Source: an uncultured delta proteobacterium
GTDB lineage: Bacteria > Desulfobacterota > BSN033 > UBA1163
Direction of reading: 5' to 3'
Assembly: GCA_963708295.1 (NCBI GenBank)
Contig: CAVPSJ010000006.1
Coordinates: 1 to 64,000, forward strand
DNA: 64,000 nucleotides
Shown: positions 53,560 through 63,413 of the stretch, piece after piece
Numbering within the stretch: the stretch's first letter is position 1
Layout of the letters: each line of letters starts with the position of its first letter
Position numbers and translations under genes: made by a program
Notes under the pieces: generated by a model
Told to the model about the DNA's origin: nothing
Database searches by the model: none
What the model saw: the letters and a program-made list of their open reading frames with translations, nothing else

Positions 53560-54306
53560 ATGGACAAATCAGTTGCTGTCGTCACCGGGGGAACGCGAGG
53601 CATTGGCTTGCGGATTGCCGAGCGCTTGGTGCAGCGGGGATATTCTCTGGCGGTCACTTACCTCAGCGATGAGAAATCGGCGGAGAAGGCCCAGCAGCAC
53701 CTTACTCGCCTTAGGAAAAAAGATCGGCAAATCCTAACGCTCAGAGGAGATGGCGGCGATGCGGAGAGAGTTGCGGAACACCACCGCTCGATTCTCAAGA
53801 AATTGGGGCCCGTCAGCGTTCTTGTCAACAACGCCGGGATGATGCCGGTAAGATCCTTTGAAGAAATCGCCGTCAAAGACTGGGATGAAACCATTCGAGT
53901 CAACCTGAACAGCGCTTTTTACTGGTGCCGGCAGGTCGTGCCGGGGATGAAGGAGATGAAATTCGGCCGGATCGTCAATATATCCTCCCTCGCAGCGCGG
54001 GGAGGCGGCGTGATCGGGCCGCACTATGCGGCGTCCAAGGCGGGAATGTTAGGATTGACCCGCTACGCAGCCCGAGAACTGGGTCCATGCGGTATTACCG
54101 TCAATGCCATTGCGCCCGCTTTCATCATCGATGCCGGGGTATTTACGGAGTGGCCGGAAGAATAGAGAGCCTCTCTGAAGGACAAGATTTTTGTGCCTCG
54201 CCTGGGAACTTCCGATGATGTCGCCCGTGCGTTTGAATACCTGCTGGATTCGCCTTTCGTCACCGGGGTCACATTAGACGTCAACGGGGGCGCATTTATG
54301 ATCTGA
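53560..54306 (+). CDS. FabG-like short-chain dehydrogenase with in-frame TAG at 54163-54165 (pseudogene, error or readthrough)
   Basis: TGGTRGIG, NNAG, YAASK; frame continues after TAG as RASLKDKIFVPRLG...FVTGVTLDVNGGAFMI. Confidence 0.85.
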
Positions 54307-54342
54307 CCAAAGTGGTTTGAAACCCTTGAAAGGAGAAAAGGC

Positions 54343-54741
54343 ATGATCAAAGGGATCGGTCATCTGGGTATCGTCGTTAAAGATTTGGAAAAAAGCCTGA
54401 AGGCATTGTCGCAAATCATTGAATTTGAAAAACCGGCCGTCAAAGAGTTCCCGGACAAGAAGATGAGATGTGCCATCGTAGAGACCCAGGGAGTTTTCCT
54501 GGAGTTTCTACAGGATAATAGTGACAATGGATTCATGGCGCGTTTTAACCGGGAGAAAGGGGACGCCATTCATCATTTCTGCGTGGTGTCGGACAACATC
54601 GAAAAAGACGTAGAGGTGTTGAAGAAAAGAGGCGTTGAGATGATGGACCCAAAGCCCCGAATAGGCCTGCGGGGAAAAAAGATTGCGATGACCATGCCCA
54701 ACGCTTTGAACGGTATTACGATAGAACTTTCAGAGCCGTGA
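54343..54741 (+). CDS. VOC family protein, methylmalonyl-CoA epimerase-like
   Basis: HLGIVV.DL, EFLQ, IHHFC, NGITIEL. Confidence 0.85.
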   Translation: MIKGIGHLGIVVKDLEKSLKALSQIIEFEKPAVKEFPDKKMRCAIVETQGVFLEFLQDNSDNGFMARFNREKGDAIHHFCVVSDNIEKDVEVLKKRGVEMMDPKPRIGLRGKKIAMTMPNALNGITIELSEP

Positions 54742-55548
54742 TTCACATTTCCGGCGATGGTTTCTTACGATTTCTACAAGGAAGGGCAACACGCGGGAAA
54801 ATGAGTATGGGTGTGATCTCGGGATCACTTCAGATTGACAGGATAAGGTTCTTCGGCACCGTTATTTCGTGGAGACGGACGGAGCCCAAACGGGGAGGCC
54901 TTTATTCTCTCAAAGCTGACTAAATTTGTTGTTACGAACGAACTCAATTTGAGCATTTCGAACTCACATTCCGCACGGAGATAGCCTATCACGTCGTCTA
55001 TGCTCCGGCTCCTCAAGACAGAATCCTGCGGCATCCATCGGCCAAAGTACATTAGAGATTCCACCAGTTCTTCATTTTCCATCTCAGTACACCTCTCTTC
55101 CAAAAACACTCGTGAAAGTTCTTTCAATAATGACGCAGATGTGGCCAGCCCTCTTCCTCCCGATGAGCTTGCCAAGACGATACTGAAACGACAATATTTT
55201 GTTGACGATCGTACTTCTCACCGTCCCTACTTCCTGACCCCTGAGATGAAAAATCGGATTGCTTTCTTAAACACACGACAAAAGAATTTTTCTTATGATA
55301 TGAGCAATTTCGATGCCAACAACCATAAATCCGCATAACCATCTGATACTGAATGGTTTTCTAAAGTAATGGCGATCCGGAAAGAAATATTTCATGACGT
55401 TTTTTGACTTCATTCCGATCGCCAATCCTACGAAAGGTCTGGGGGAGGTGGACCGCCATTCGAGGTCTCTCCGGAGGGCGGGACCTTTCTGTTTATTTCC
55501 GCAGGGGCTGGGCCAATTCCTTAAATTCACCCCATTCCCTATTTTTGC

Positions 55549-55752
55549 TTACGTTACCCCACGGGAAAATTTCCCCATTCCCATCGTCTCGAGACTGTCC
55601 TTGAGCATGACCTCCTCCAGAACGAATCTTACTTTACATCTGACTTGACTCAACATCTTGGATAAATGGGACCCGAAAAAAATCAACTCACCGGTGAGTG
55701 GAGCATATTCTTTATCAATCGTCCCGCCCGTTATCAAGATTCTGACCGTATC
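55549..55752 (-). pseudogene. asparaginase N-terminal fragment
   Basis: VRILITGGTIDKEY...KDSL then early stop; no clear start. Confidence 0.65.
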
Positions 55753-56018
55753 TCCACCTTCCGTATTCCCGTTCCTTGATAACCCCCAGTCGATGAACGC
55801 TGAGCCTGATGGATAGATTATTTCGAAAAGAGTTCCCTCCTCTTATCCACTTCACGCTATGCCGCGCGAGCTCAAAGATAAATAGGACGAAATCACTATT
55901 TTCTTAACCCAAGGACTGTATTATTGATTTGTAACGATCTGAAGTGATGAATGTTCGGATGTTACTTGGAAAATCAGTGTTTTGATGATGTGATGGGAAT
56001 CAGCGATGAAGAGGACTG

Positions 56019-56525
56019 TCATGGCGAACCCGAAAGGAATTTTAATTTAATTCTCATCATCCTCTCAGAGCCATCCAGGTCGAAATATTGGAAACCGAGC
56101 TTCTTGTAGAGTTTAATCGCGATGAAGTTTGACACACTAACCGTCAGCCAAACCGAGTCATAGCCGAGTTGCCTGGACGCTTCCAGGGCGAACCGCGTCA
56201 GTTCCGTTCCGATCCCGAGATTCCTCTGCTTTTGATCAACGAAGATCACAAATTCACACGATTCGCGCTGTCTATCGGGCACCAGTGAGACATGTCCGAT
56301 CACGTTCTTTCCTCTCCAAGCGAGATAGTTCTCCCCTATTTCTAAGAGACTCTTCAGCCAGTTCTGGCAGACCTCAGGGTCTTCAGGCGGCAGTCCCTGA
56401 GAGGCGGGTTTCGGGCAGAAGTGGTCGTACATCTCCAAAAGAAACGGGAAATCTTCAGAGCCATAGATCCCCATTCCAAAGGAGCCTCCAGACTTGTCAG
56501 CTCTGGTGATCTGTTTTGACTTCAT
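56019..56525 (-). CDS. GNAT N-acetyltransferase
   Basis: FVDQKQRNLGIGTEL, N..AIKLYKKLGF. Confidence 0.85.
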   Translation of the reverse strand: MKSKQITRADKSGGSFGMGIYGSEDFPFLLEMYDHFCPKPASQGLPPEDPEVCQNWLKSLLEIGENYLAWRGKNVIGHVSLVPDRQRESCEFVIFVDQKQRNLGIGTELTRFALEASRQLGYDSVWLTVSVSNFIAIKLYKKLGFQYFDLDGSERMMRIKLKFLSGSP

Positions 56526-56725
56526 TTAAGAAAGAATCTTGAAAAGGCACAACCCTGGTCCCACCCAGTGGTTTCTGACCCAATATACCTCAATTTTTTC
56601 GGAAATACAATCTCTCTCGTCCAGCCTCCTGACCCTGTCTTTTTGCTATCCAGAGGTAATCTGTATTATAAATAATCAGAAAAGCAAGAAGTCATTTCTT
56701 TGGAAACAGACGGATAAGAATACCG

Positions 56726-58276
56726 ATGATCCTCGTCCACCCTCCTGTTGCAAAACCATGCGAACCCCCGGCAGGCATAGCGAAACTCTGTGGCGCCCTG
56801 GATCGTCACGGAGTGACGTACAGGGCTTTGGATGCAAATCTTGAAGGTCTCCTCGACCTCCTGAATGCCTCACCTGCGCCCTCCGATACCTGGACGTTCC
56901 GGGCGATCCGTCATCTTTCAAAACATCTCGCCTCGTTCAACGGTTGGAACGTTTACCGGAATCAGGGCCGTTATCGCCGCGCGATAAAAGACCTGAGTCG
57001 GATTCTTGAGATGACAGGGCGTCCCGACCGCGCGCACCTCGGCCTGGCGAACTATGAGCACGAAGAGCTCTCTCCTGCGAGGAGCGTAGACCTTCTGGGC
57101 GCTGCAGAAAGTCCTGAGGACAATCCCTTCTATCCTTATTTCAAAAAAAGATTGATAGAGCTTCTGAAGAACCGACAGCCTTCGGTGATTGGATTTTCAA
57201 TGAACTATTTAAGCCAGGCCCTATGCACGTTTGCAATGATCGGTTTTCTTAGACAAGAATTCCCCGGGGTGAAATTGGTTTTGGGCGGAGGACTTGCCAC
57301 TTCCTGGATGAGAAGGCCTCAATGGAAAAACCCGTTTGATGGCCTCGTGGATCATCTCGTCGCCGGGCCTGGAGAATCACCTTTGCTATCTCTGATGGGG
57401 GTAACGCCATCCGGAGAGAATCACTATAGCCCCAATTATGATACCCTCCCTGTAAGAAACTACTTTGCCCCCGGGCCCATCCTCCCCTACAGTTCCTCAA
57501 GCGGATGCTACTGGAACAAGTGCTCTTTCTGCCCGGAAAGGGCCGAAGGAAATCCGTATCTTCCTGCTCCTGTGGGAGAAGTCTTCGCCGATCTTTTTCA
57601 CCTGGTGGACAAGCAAAAACCGGTCCTCATCCATTTCCTCGATAATGCTATCAGCCCATTGCTGATGAGGGCAATCACCGAACGTCCTCCTGGCGTGCCA
57701 TGGTATGGCTTTGCAAGACTAACACGTCATCTTTCGGATCTGGATTTCTGTATGGCCCTGAGGCGATCAGGATGTGTGATGTTAAAACTCGGGCTCGAAT
57801 CAGGGGATCAGGCGGTACTTGATTCTTTGCAAAAAGGCATTGACATCGAGGCGGCTTCATCGGTCTTAAAAAATTTGAAAAAGGCAGGCATCGCCACCTA
57901 CGTCTATCTTCTTTTTGGAACGCCACCCGAAGGCCAGACGGAGGCGCGAAGGACTCTCGAGTTTGTCGTGAAACATCATGATCGCATCGGTTTCTTGAAC
58001 CTTGCCATATTCAATATGCCGATCGATGCGCCGGAAGCCCGGCACATGAAGACAAAATCCTTCTACGAAGGGGACCTCTCCCTTTATGCAAATTTCGATC
58101 ATCCAAAAGGGTGGAGCAGGCCACTGATCAGGCAATTCTTGGACAAGGAATTTAGGCGACATCCTGCCGTTGCACCGATTCTGAGAAGAGATCCTCCTGT
58201 GTTTACCTCGAATCATGCTCCGTTCTTTGTCATGGATCGGGACTGGATAAGACACGGGGATAGGGGGATGGGGTGA
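56726..58276 (+). CDS. B12-binding-type radical SAM protein
   Basis: ATGATCCTCGTCCAC reads on the + strand at 56726 (ORF track strand label is wrong); GCYWNKCSFC. Confidence 0.88.
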   Translation: MILVHPPVAKPCEPPAGIAKLCGALDRHGVTYRALDANLEGLLDLLNASPAPSDTWTFRAIRHLSKHLASFNGWNVYRNQGRYRRAIKDLSRILEMTGRPDRAHLGLANYEHEELSPARSVDLLGAAESPEDNPFYPYFKKRLIELLKNRQPSVIGFSMNYLSQALCTFAMIGFLRQEFPGVKLVLGGGLATSWMRRPQWKNPFDGLVDHLVAGPGESPLLSLMGVTPSGENHYSPNYDTLPVRNYFAPGPILPYSSSSGCYWNKCSFCPERAEGNPYLPAPVGEVFADLFHLVDKQKPVLIHFLDNAISPLLMRAITERPPGVPWYGFARLTRHLSDLDFCMALRRSGCVMLKLGLESGDQAVLDSLQKGIDIEAASSVLKNLKKAGIATYVYLLFGTPPEGQTEARRTLEFVVKHHDRIGFLNLAIFNMPIDAPEARHMKTKSFYEGDLSLYANFDHPKGWSRPLIRQFLDKEFRRHPAVAPILRRDPPVFTSNHAPFFVMDRDWIRHGDRGMG

Positions 58277-58476
58277 TACGGAGACACGGCGATGCGGAGA
58301 TCAGGAGATGAGGGAATGAGAATCTCGCAAGGTGAAGATAGGGTGAACTCAACAGAAAGAAGATGAGAGAGATTTTTTTAAAAAAATAACTTATAATGAA
58401 TAATTAAGTTTCTCCGAAAGGTTCCTCGCTCCTTTAAGACCACTTCGGAAGACAGCCGGATTTCTAAAATAAATTT

Positions 58477-60276
58477 GTGAAAAACATTCGTAACTTCAGC
58501 ATCATTGCACATATTGATCACGGGAAATCGACCCTCGCGGACCGTCTCATCCAATACACCGGCGTGGTGGATGCGCGGAACTTCAAAGACCAGATCCTGG
58601 ACAATATGGACATTGAACGCGAGCGGGGAATCACCATCAAAAGCCAGGCCATCGCCCTCCCGTATCACGCCCAGGATGGAGAAGAGTATGTTCTTAACCT
58701 GATCGACACGCCGGGTCATGTCGATTTCTCCTATGAGGTCTCGCGCTCCCTGGCCTCTTGCGAAGGCGTCCTTCTTCTGATCGATGCTGCCCAGGGCGTG
58801 CAGGCCCAGACGATTGCCAATCTTTATCTGGCCATGGAGAATAACCTGGAGATCATCCCGGTCATCAATAAGATCGATCTTCCCACGGCAGATGTCGAAC
58901 GGGTGGTGGAGCAGATCGACTCGGAACTCGGACTGGATCCCTTTGGTCATCTGAAATGCTCGGCGAAAGAAGGCATCGGCATCCCAGAGATTCTAGAGGC
59001 CATTGTGAAAAGGATACCTCCTCCGAAAGGGGATCCGGAAGGACCGCTGGCGGCCTTGATCTTCGATGCCCAATACGATCCCTTTCGCGGCACGGTTATT
59101 CATTGCCGGGCTTTTGATGGAACCGTAAAAAGCGGGGATATTATCCGCTTGATGTCTAATCAGGGAACCCACAAAGTCGAGGAGGTGGGTCGATTCCTGC
59201 TCTCCAGAGAAAAACGAGACAGCCTCTCTGCGGGAGAGGTGGGTTATATCTTTGCAGGGGTTAAAACGGTCTCGGACGTACATATCGGGGATACGATTAC
59301 ACTCGACAACCGACCCTGCGACAAGCCGCTGCCCGGCTTCAAAGAATTCAAGCCCGTAGTGTTTTCTTCCATCTATCCGATCGCTCCTGAGGACTATGGG
59401 GACTTGGTCGTTGCCCTTGAAAAATATAAGCTGAATGACGCAGCCCTTGTCTATCAGAAAGATTCGTCCGTTGCCCTGGGGCATGGCTTCCATTGCGGAT
59501 TTCTGGGTCTCCTTCATCTCGAGATCGTCCAGGAAAGGCTTGAGCGTGAATATGATTTATCCATCATCCTGTCCGTTCCGAGCGTTCGCTACCGGTTTAC
59601 ACTGAAAGACGGGAGCACCGTGTTCGTTGACAATCCCGCTCATTACCCGGATCCTAACACCATCGAAAAAGGAGAAGAGCCCTTCATTCGCGCCACCCTG
59701 CTGATGCCTGAAAAATATCTGGGCGCTGTGATCAAACTCTGCCTGGAAAGACGCGGTGAAAACTCGAAGCTGAACTACCTGAGCCCGGGCCGCGTGGAGT
59801 TGATTTACGAGATGCCCCTGGCCGAGGTGATTTATGATTTTTACGATCGTTTCAAATCCATCACGCAGGGATACGGGTCCTTTGATTACGATGTCCTTGA
59901 CTACAGAGAAAGTACCCTGGTCTTGGTGGATATCCTGGTCAACGGCGAGAAGGTCGATGCCCTGTCGCAAATCGTCAATCGAGATCAAGCGCGCCCCCGT
60001 GCCCTGCGGGCCTGCGAAAAATTGAAGGAAGAAATTCCCCGGCAGATGTTTAAAATAGCGATCCAAGGGGCGATTGGAGGAGAAATCATCTCCCGTACCA
60101 CGATCTCTCCATTTCGTAAAGATGTGACAGCGAAGTGCTACGGCGGAGATATCACCCGCAAGCGAAAACTTCTGGAAAAACAGAAGAAGGGCAAGAAGCG
60201 GATGAAAACCATCGGGTCGGTTTCTATCCCTCAGAGCGCCTTTCTCGCGGTGTTGAAAACGGATACGGATGACTGA
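58477..60276 (+). CDS. lepA: elongation factor 4
   Basis: IRNFSIIAHIDHGKSTLADR, GFLGLLHLEI, KCYGGDITRKRKLL. Confidence 0.98.
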   Translation: MKNIRNFSIIAHIDHGKSTLADRLIQYTGVVDARNFKDQILDNMDIERERGITIKSQAIALPYHAQDGEEYVLNLIDTPGHVDFSYEVSRSLASCEGVLLLIDAAQGVQAQTIANLYLAMENNLEIIPVINKIDLPTADVERVVEQIDSELGLDPFGHLKCSAKEGIGIPEILEAIVKRIPPPKGDPEGPLAALIFDAQYDPFRGTVIHCRAFDGTVKSGDIIRLMSNQGTHKVEEVGRFLLSREKRDSLSAGEVGYIFAGVKTVSDVHIGDTITLDNRPCDKPLPGFKEFKPVVFSSIYPIAPEDYGDLVVALEKYKLNDAALVYQKDSSVALGHGFHCGFLGLLHLEIVQERLEREYDLSIILSVPSVRYRFTLKDGSTVFVDNPAHYPDPNTIEKGEEPFIRATLLMPEKYLGAVIKLCLERRGENSKLNYLSPGRVELIYEMPLAEVIYDFYDRFKSITQGYGSFDYDVLDYRESTLVLVDILVNGEKVDALSQIVNRDQARPRALRACEKLKEEIPRQMFKIAIQGAIGGEIISRTTISPFRKDVTAKCYGGDITRKRKLLEKQKKGKKRMKTIGSVSIPQSAFLAVLKTDTDD

Positions 60277-60311
60277 AAAACATAAGACATGGGGCATGGC
60301 GTAAATATATG

Positions 60312-60419
60312 AAATCCGAAGCACGAAATCCGAATTTCGAAACAATCTCTGATGCTCAAAATAGGATATATGAACATTTTTTCTCTTTCGGAAATTTGAC
60401 CACCTGGATTTCGGATTTT
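60312..60419. repeat. heptamer-repeat element (AAATCCG/AAGCACG family), decayed right arm
   Basis: aaatccg aagcacg aaatccg aatttcg aaacaat, same left end as 20214. Confidence 0.75.
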
Positions 60420-60484
60420 TCTAATTCCTATGGCCTGTTTGGCTTAGGCGATGCGAAGCTAGTCTCTGAAACCCGAGTAACCCA

Positions 60485-61615
60485 ATGAACTCAGAACAAA
60501 TTCCCGGTCTCTACATTCATATTCCTTTTTGTCAGAGCAAATGCTTTTATTGCGACTTCTATTCATCAACCTCCCTCTCTGCCCTTCCCCTTTTTCTCGA
60601 GGCCCTCTTCAAAGAAATGGAGATCTACTCCAGCCAATTTAGCTCTTTTGATACGGTCTACATCGGGGGCGGGACGCCTTCTCTTCTCAGCCATCAACAA
60701 TTGGAAAGCATGCTGGCAGGAATAAGGGAAAACTTCCACCTCACGTCGGACATGGAAATAACCCTGGAAACCAACCCGGCTGATCTCAATCGATCTTATC
60801 TTGAATCGTTACGCGAGATCGGAATCAACCGGCTGAATATCGGAATCCAATCCTTTGATCAGGAAGTGCTCCGCTTCCTGGGAAGACGTCACACTCTGAC
60901 GCAGGCCATTTCAGCCGTTGAGGCTTCAAGAAAAGCAGGGTTTCACAACGTAGGGCTCGACTTGATCTACGCTGTCCCGGGGCAGACCATCGATTCATGG
61001 CTCGATACCTTGAAACAGGCTGTTGCCTTTGCACCGGAGCATCTCTCCTGCTATCAACTCACCCTTGAATCTAAGACGCCTTTGGGGAAAAGATACGAGG
61101 TGGGGGAGTTTTCCATTCCCGGAGAAGATTTACAGTATGATTTTTTTATGAAGACGTCTCAGGTCCTCGAGGACGCTGGGTATATTCATTATGAGGTATC
61201 GAACTTTGCCAGGGAAACAAGGTACACCTCCCGGCATAACCAAAAATATTGGGACCACTCTCCTTATCTCGGTCTGGGGCCTGCCGCCCATTCTTTCTGC
61301 GACAATCGTCGCTGGTGGAACTACCGTTCTGTCGATCGATACATCACAGCGGTCAACGGGGAAAATCTTCCGGTTGAGGAAACAGAGATCCTCACGATGG
61401 AGCAACTCCGGCTGGAGGCGCTCTATTTTGGCCTAAGGACAAAAAAGGGAATTCATCTCCAGGATTTTAAGAATTTTTATGACTACGATCTTTTCGCCGA
61501 AAAAAAGAAAATGCTGAGTAAGCTCCAGGAGGAAGGATTGATCTCCATTCAGAACGGCCATCTCTGCCCTACCCCAATCGGCCTCGCCGTCGCCGACAGC
61601 CTGTCGCTGATTTAG
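60485..61615 (+). CDS. hemW: radical SAM heme chaperone HemW
   Basis: LYIHIPFC.SKC.YCDF, GGGTPS, YEVSNFA, SRHN.KYW; follows lepA. Confidence 0.93.
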   Translation: MNSEQIPGLYIHIPFCQSKCFYCDFYSSTSLSALPLFLEALFKEMEIYSSQFSSFDTVYIGGGTPSLLSHQQLESMLAGIRENFHLTSDMEITLETNPADLNRSYLESLREIGINRLNIGIQSFDQEVLRFLGRRHTLTQAISAVEASRKAGFHNVGLDLIYAVPGQTIDSWLDTLKQAVAFAPEHLSCYQLTLESKTPLGKRYEVGEFSIPGEDLQYDFFMKTSQVLEDAGYIHYEVSNFARETRYTSRHNQKYWDHSPYLGLGPAAHSFCDNRRWWNYRSVDRYITAVNGENLPVEETEILTMEQLRLEALYFGLRTKKGIHLQDFKNFYDYDLFAEKKKMLSKLQEEGLISIQNGHLCPTPIGLAVADSLSLI

Positions 61616-61787
61616 GGAAACCCTCTTCCATTTCGAACGAGGTTGCCCGATTATATTTGCATTGCCTGCGATTGTGTGTTATATAAGCAGTGTTCTCGTG
61701 TTTTCAATTCATTCCCGCCTCAATGACTTCCAATTGATTACGCGTAAACAGATCCATAAATAAAACCAAATATTTGAAAGGAAAATT

Positions 61788-62996
61788 ATGCAAACGGAGA
61801 AGTTTGAAGCTCTCGGAATTTCTATGGAATTGCGCAGAGCCGTAAAGGATATGGGGTATGAAGCCATGACGCCCATTCAGGCAAAGGCTATCCCTCTGAT
61901 CCTTCAAGGGAAAGATATTATCGGACAGGCACAGACAGGGACAGGGAAAACGCTCGCTTTCGGCCTCCCTCTGCTGAATTCGATACAACCCGGCAACAGG
62001 AAAACCCAGGCAATCGTTCTGTGTCCCACCCGTGAGCTGGCTGTTCAGGTAGCAGACGAGCTCAAAAGAGTTCTCATCCACAAGAGAGAAATTAAAGTGC
62101 TGCCTATTTACGGAGGGCAGCCGATCGCACAGCAGATTCATGGACTCAGGGCCGGTGCCCATGTCATCATCGGAACCCCCGGCCGCACCATAGACCATAT
62201 CAACAGGGGTACGTTGAAACTCGATCAGGTGAAAACCGTTGTCCTGGACGAAGCGGACAAGATGCTCGACATGGGTTTTGTTGACGATGTCGAGAAGATC
62301 CTTCGGAAGATCCCCACAGAGAGACAGACCCTGCTCTTTTCGGCGACCATGCCCAAACCGATCCTCGACCTGACCCGAAAATATCAGCGGGAGCCGGAGT
62401 TTGTCAAAATGGTCCAGAAACAATTAACCGTGCCTCATGTAGAGCAGTATTACCTTGGAGTCCAAGAGGGCATCAAGCTGGATGTCCTGTGCCGCCTCAT
62501 CGATCTGCACAGCTTAAGGTCCTCCCTCGTTTTCTGCAACAGGAAAAGGAGCGTGGACGAAGTGGTCAGGAAGCTTGGGGCAAGGGGGTATCTTGCTCAA
62601 GGTCTCCATGGAGACATGACCCAGCCTCAGAGAGGGCGTGCCATGGACAAGTTCAAGAGGAATATCTCAGAGATACTCGTGGCTACGGACGTCGCGGCAA
62701 GAGGCATCAATGTGCAGAACATTCAGGCTGTTTTTAATTACGACCTTCCCCTGGATAAAGAATACTATGTTCACCGAATCGGCAGGACCGCACGCGCAGG
62801 GAGGAAAGGACATGCTTTCTCCTTCGTGGTGGGGAGAGAAATCGGAAAGCTCCGGGCAATCGAAGCCTATGCTGCCACAAAAATTGCCTCCATGCCTGTC
62901 CCTTCCATGGCGAATGTGAATAAGGTAAGAACCATCCCGTCTCAAAAGGGCAAAGGCATGGGCGGATACAGGCAATCCCAAACGCTATACACATGA
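61788..62996 (+). CDS. DEAD-box RNA helicase (core only)
   Basis: AQTGTGKT, PTRELA, DEAD, SAT, HRIGRTARAG. Confidence 0.93.
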   Translation: MQTEKFEALGISMELRRAVKDMGYEAMTPIQAKAIPLILQGKDIIGQAQTGTGKTLAFGLPLLNSIQPGNRKTQAIVLCPTRELAVQVADELKRVLIHKREIKVLPIYGGQPIAQQIHGLRAGAHVIIGTPGRTIDHINRGTLKLDQVKTVVLDEADKMLDMGFVDDVEKILRKIPTERQTLLFSATMPKPILDLTRKYQREPEFVKMVQKQLTVPHVEQYYLGVQEGIKLDVLCRLIDLHSLRSSLVFCNRKRSVDEVVRKLGARGYLAQGLHGDMTQPQRGRAMDKFKRNISEILVATDVAARGINVQNIQAVFNYDLPLDKEYYVHRIGRTARAGRKGHAFSFVVGREIGKLRAIEAYAATKIASMPVPSMANVNKVRTIPSQKGKGMGGYRQSQTLYT

Positions 62997-63003
62997 TAGA
63001 AAT

Positions 63004-63203
63004 CAGCTCCGGCTGGAGGCACTCTATTCTGGCCTACGGGTAAAGAAGGGGCTCTCCCTCAAGGACTTCCAGAACCCAATATGGCTTCGATCTCTTCACC
63101 GAAAGGCGGACCATTCTGGGTAAACTCCAGGAGGAAGGATTGATCTCCGTCCAAGATGGCCGCCTCTACTCTACCCAACCGGCCTCGCCGTCGCCGACTG
63201 CCT
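63004..63203 (+). pseudogene. diverged duplicate of the hemW 3' end
   Basis: aligns to 61403-61602 with many third-position changes and indels. Confidence 0.85.
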
Positions 63204-63413
63204 TTCGTTGACCGTCCTCTCGAGAAGATGCAAATCAAGACCACACGGGCAGGAGATATTCTTAACCCAGGGATGGGCTTGCCTTATCATTCGTGTTGAC
63301 TTTTCCAATGGGAGCTATTAGGATTTTCTTTAAGAGATGGCGCTTTGAAAAATAATTCCACAGACATATAAAAAATCACGTTTGTGATCCCTTGATAGAA
63401 AGAGGACTTAATT

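Noticed and set aside
56726-58276. Minus-strand label in the ORF track
   Set aside because: The protein reads directly on the + strand from ATG 56726
61403-63203. DGR template/variable repeat pair
   Set aside because: Mismatches are not adenine-specific, indels are present and there is no reverse transcriptase in the window
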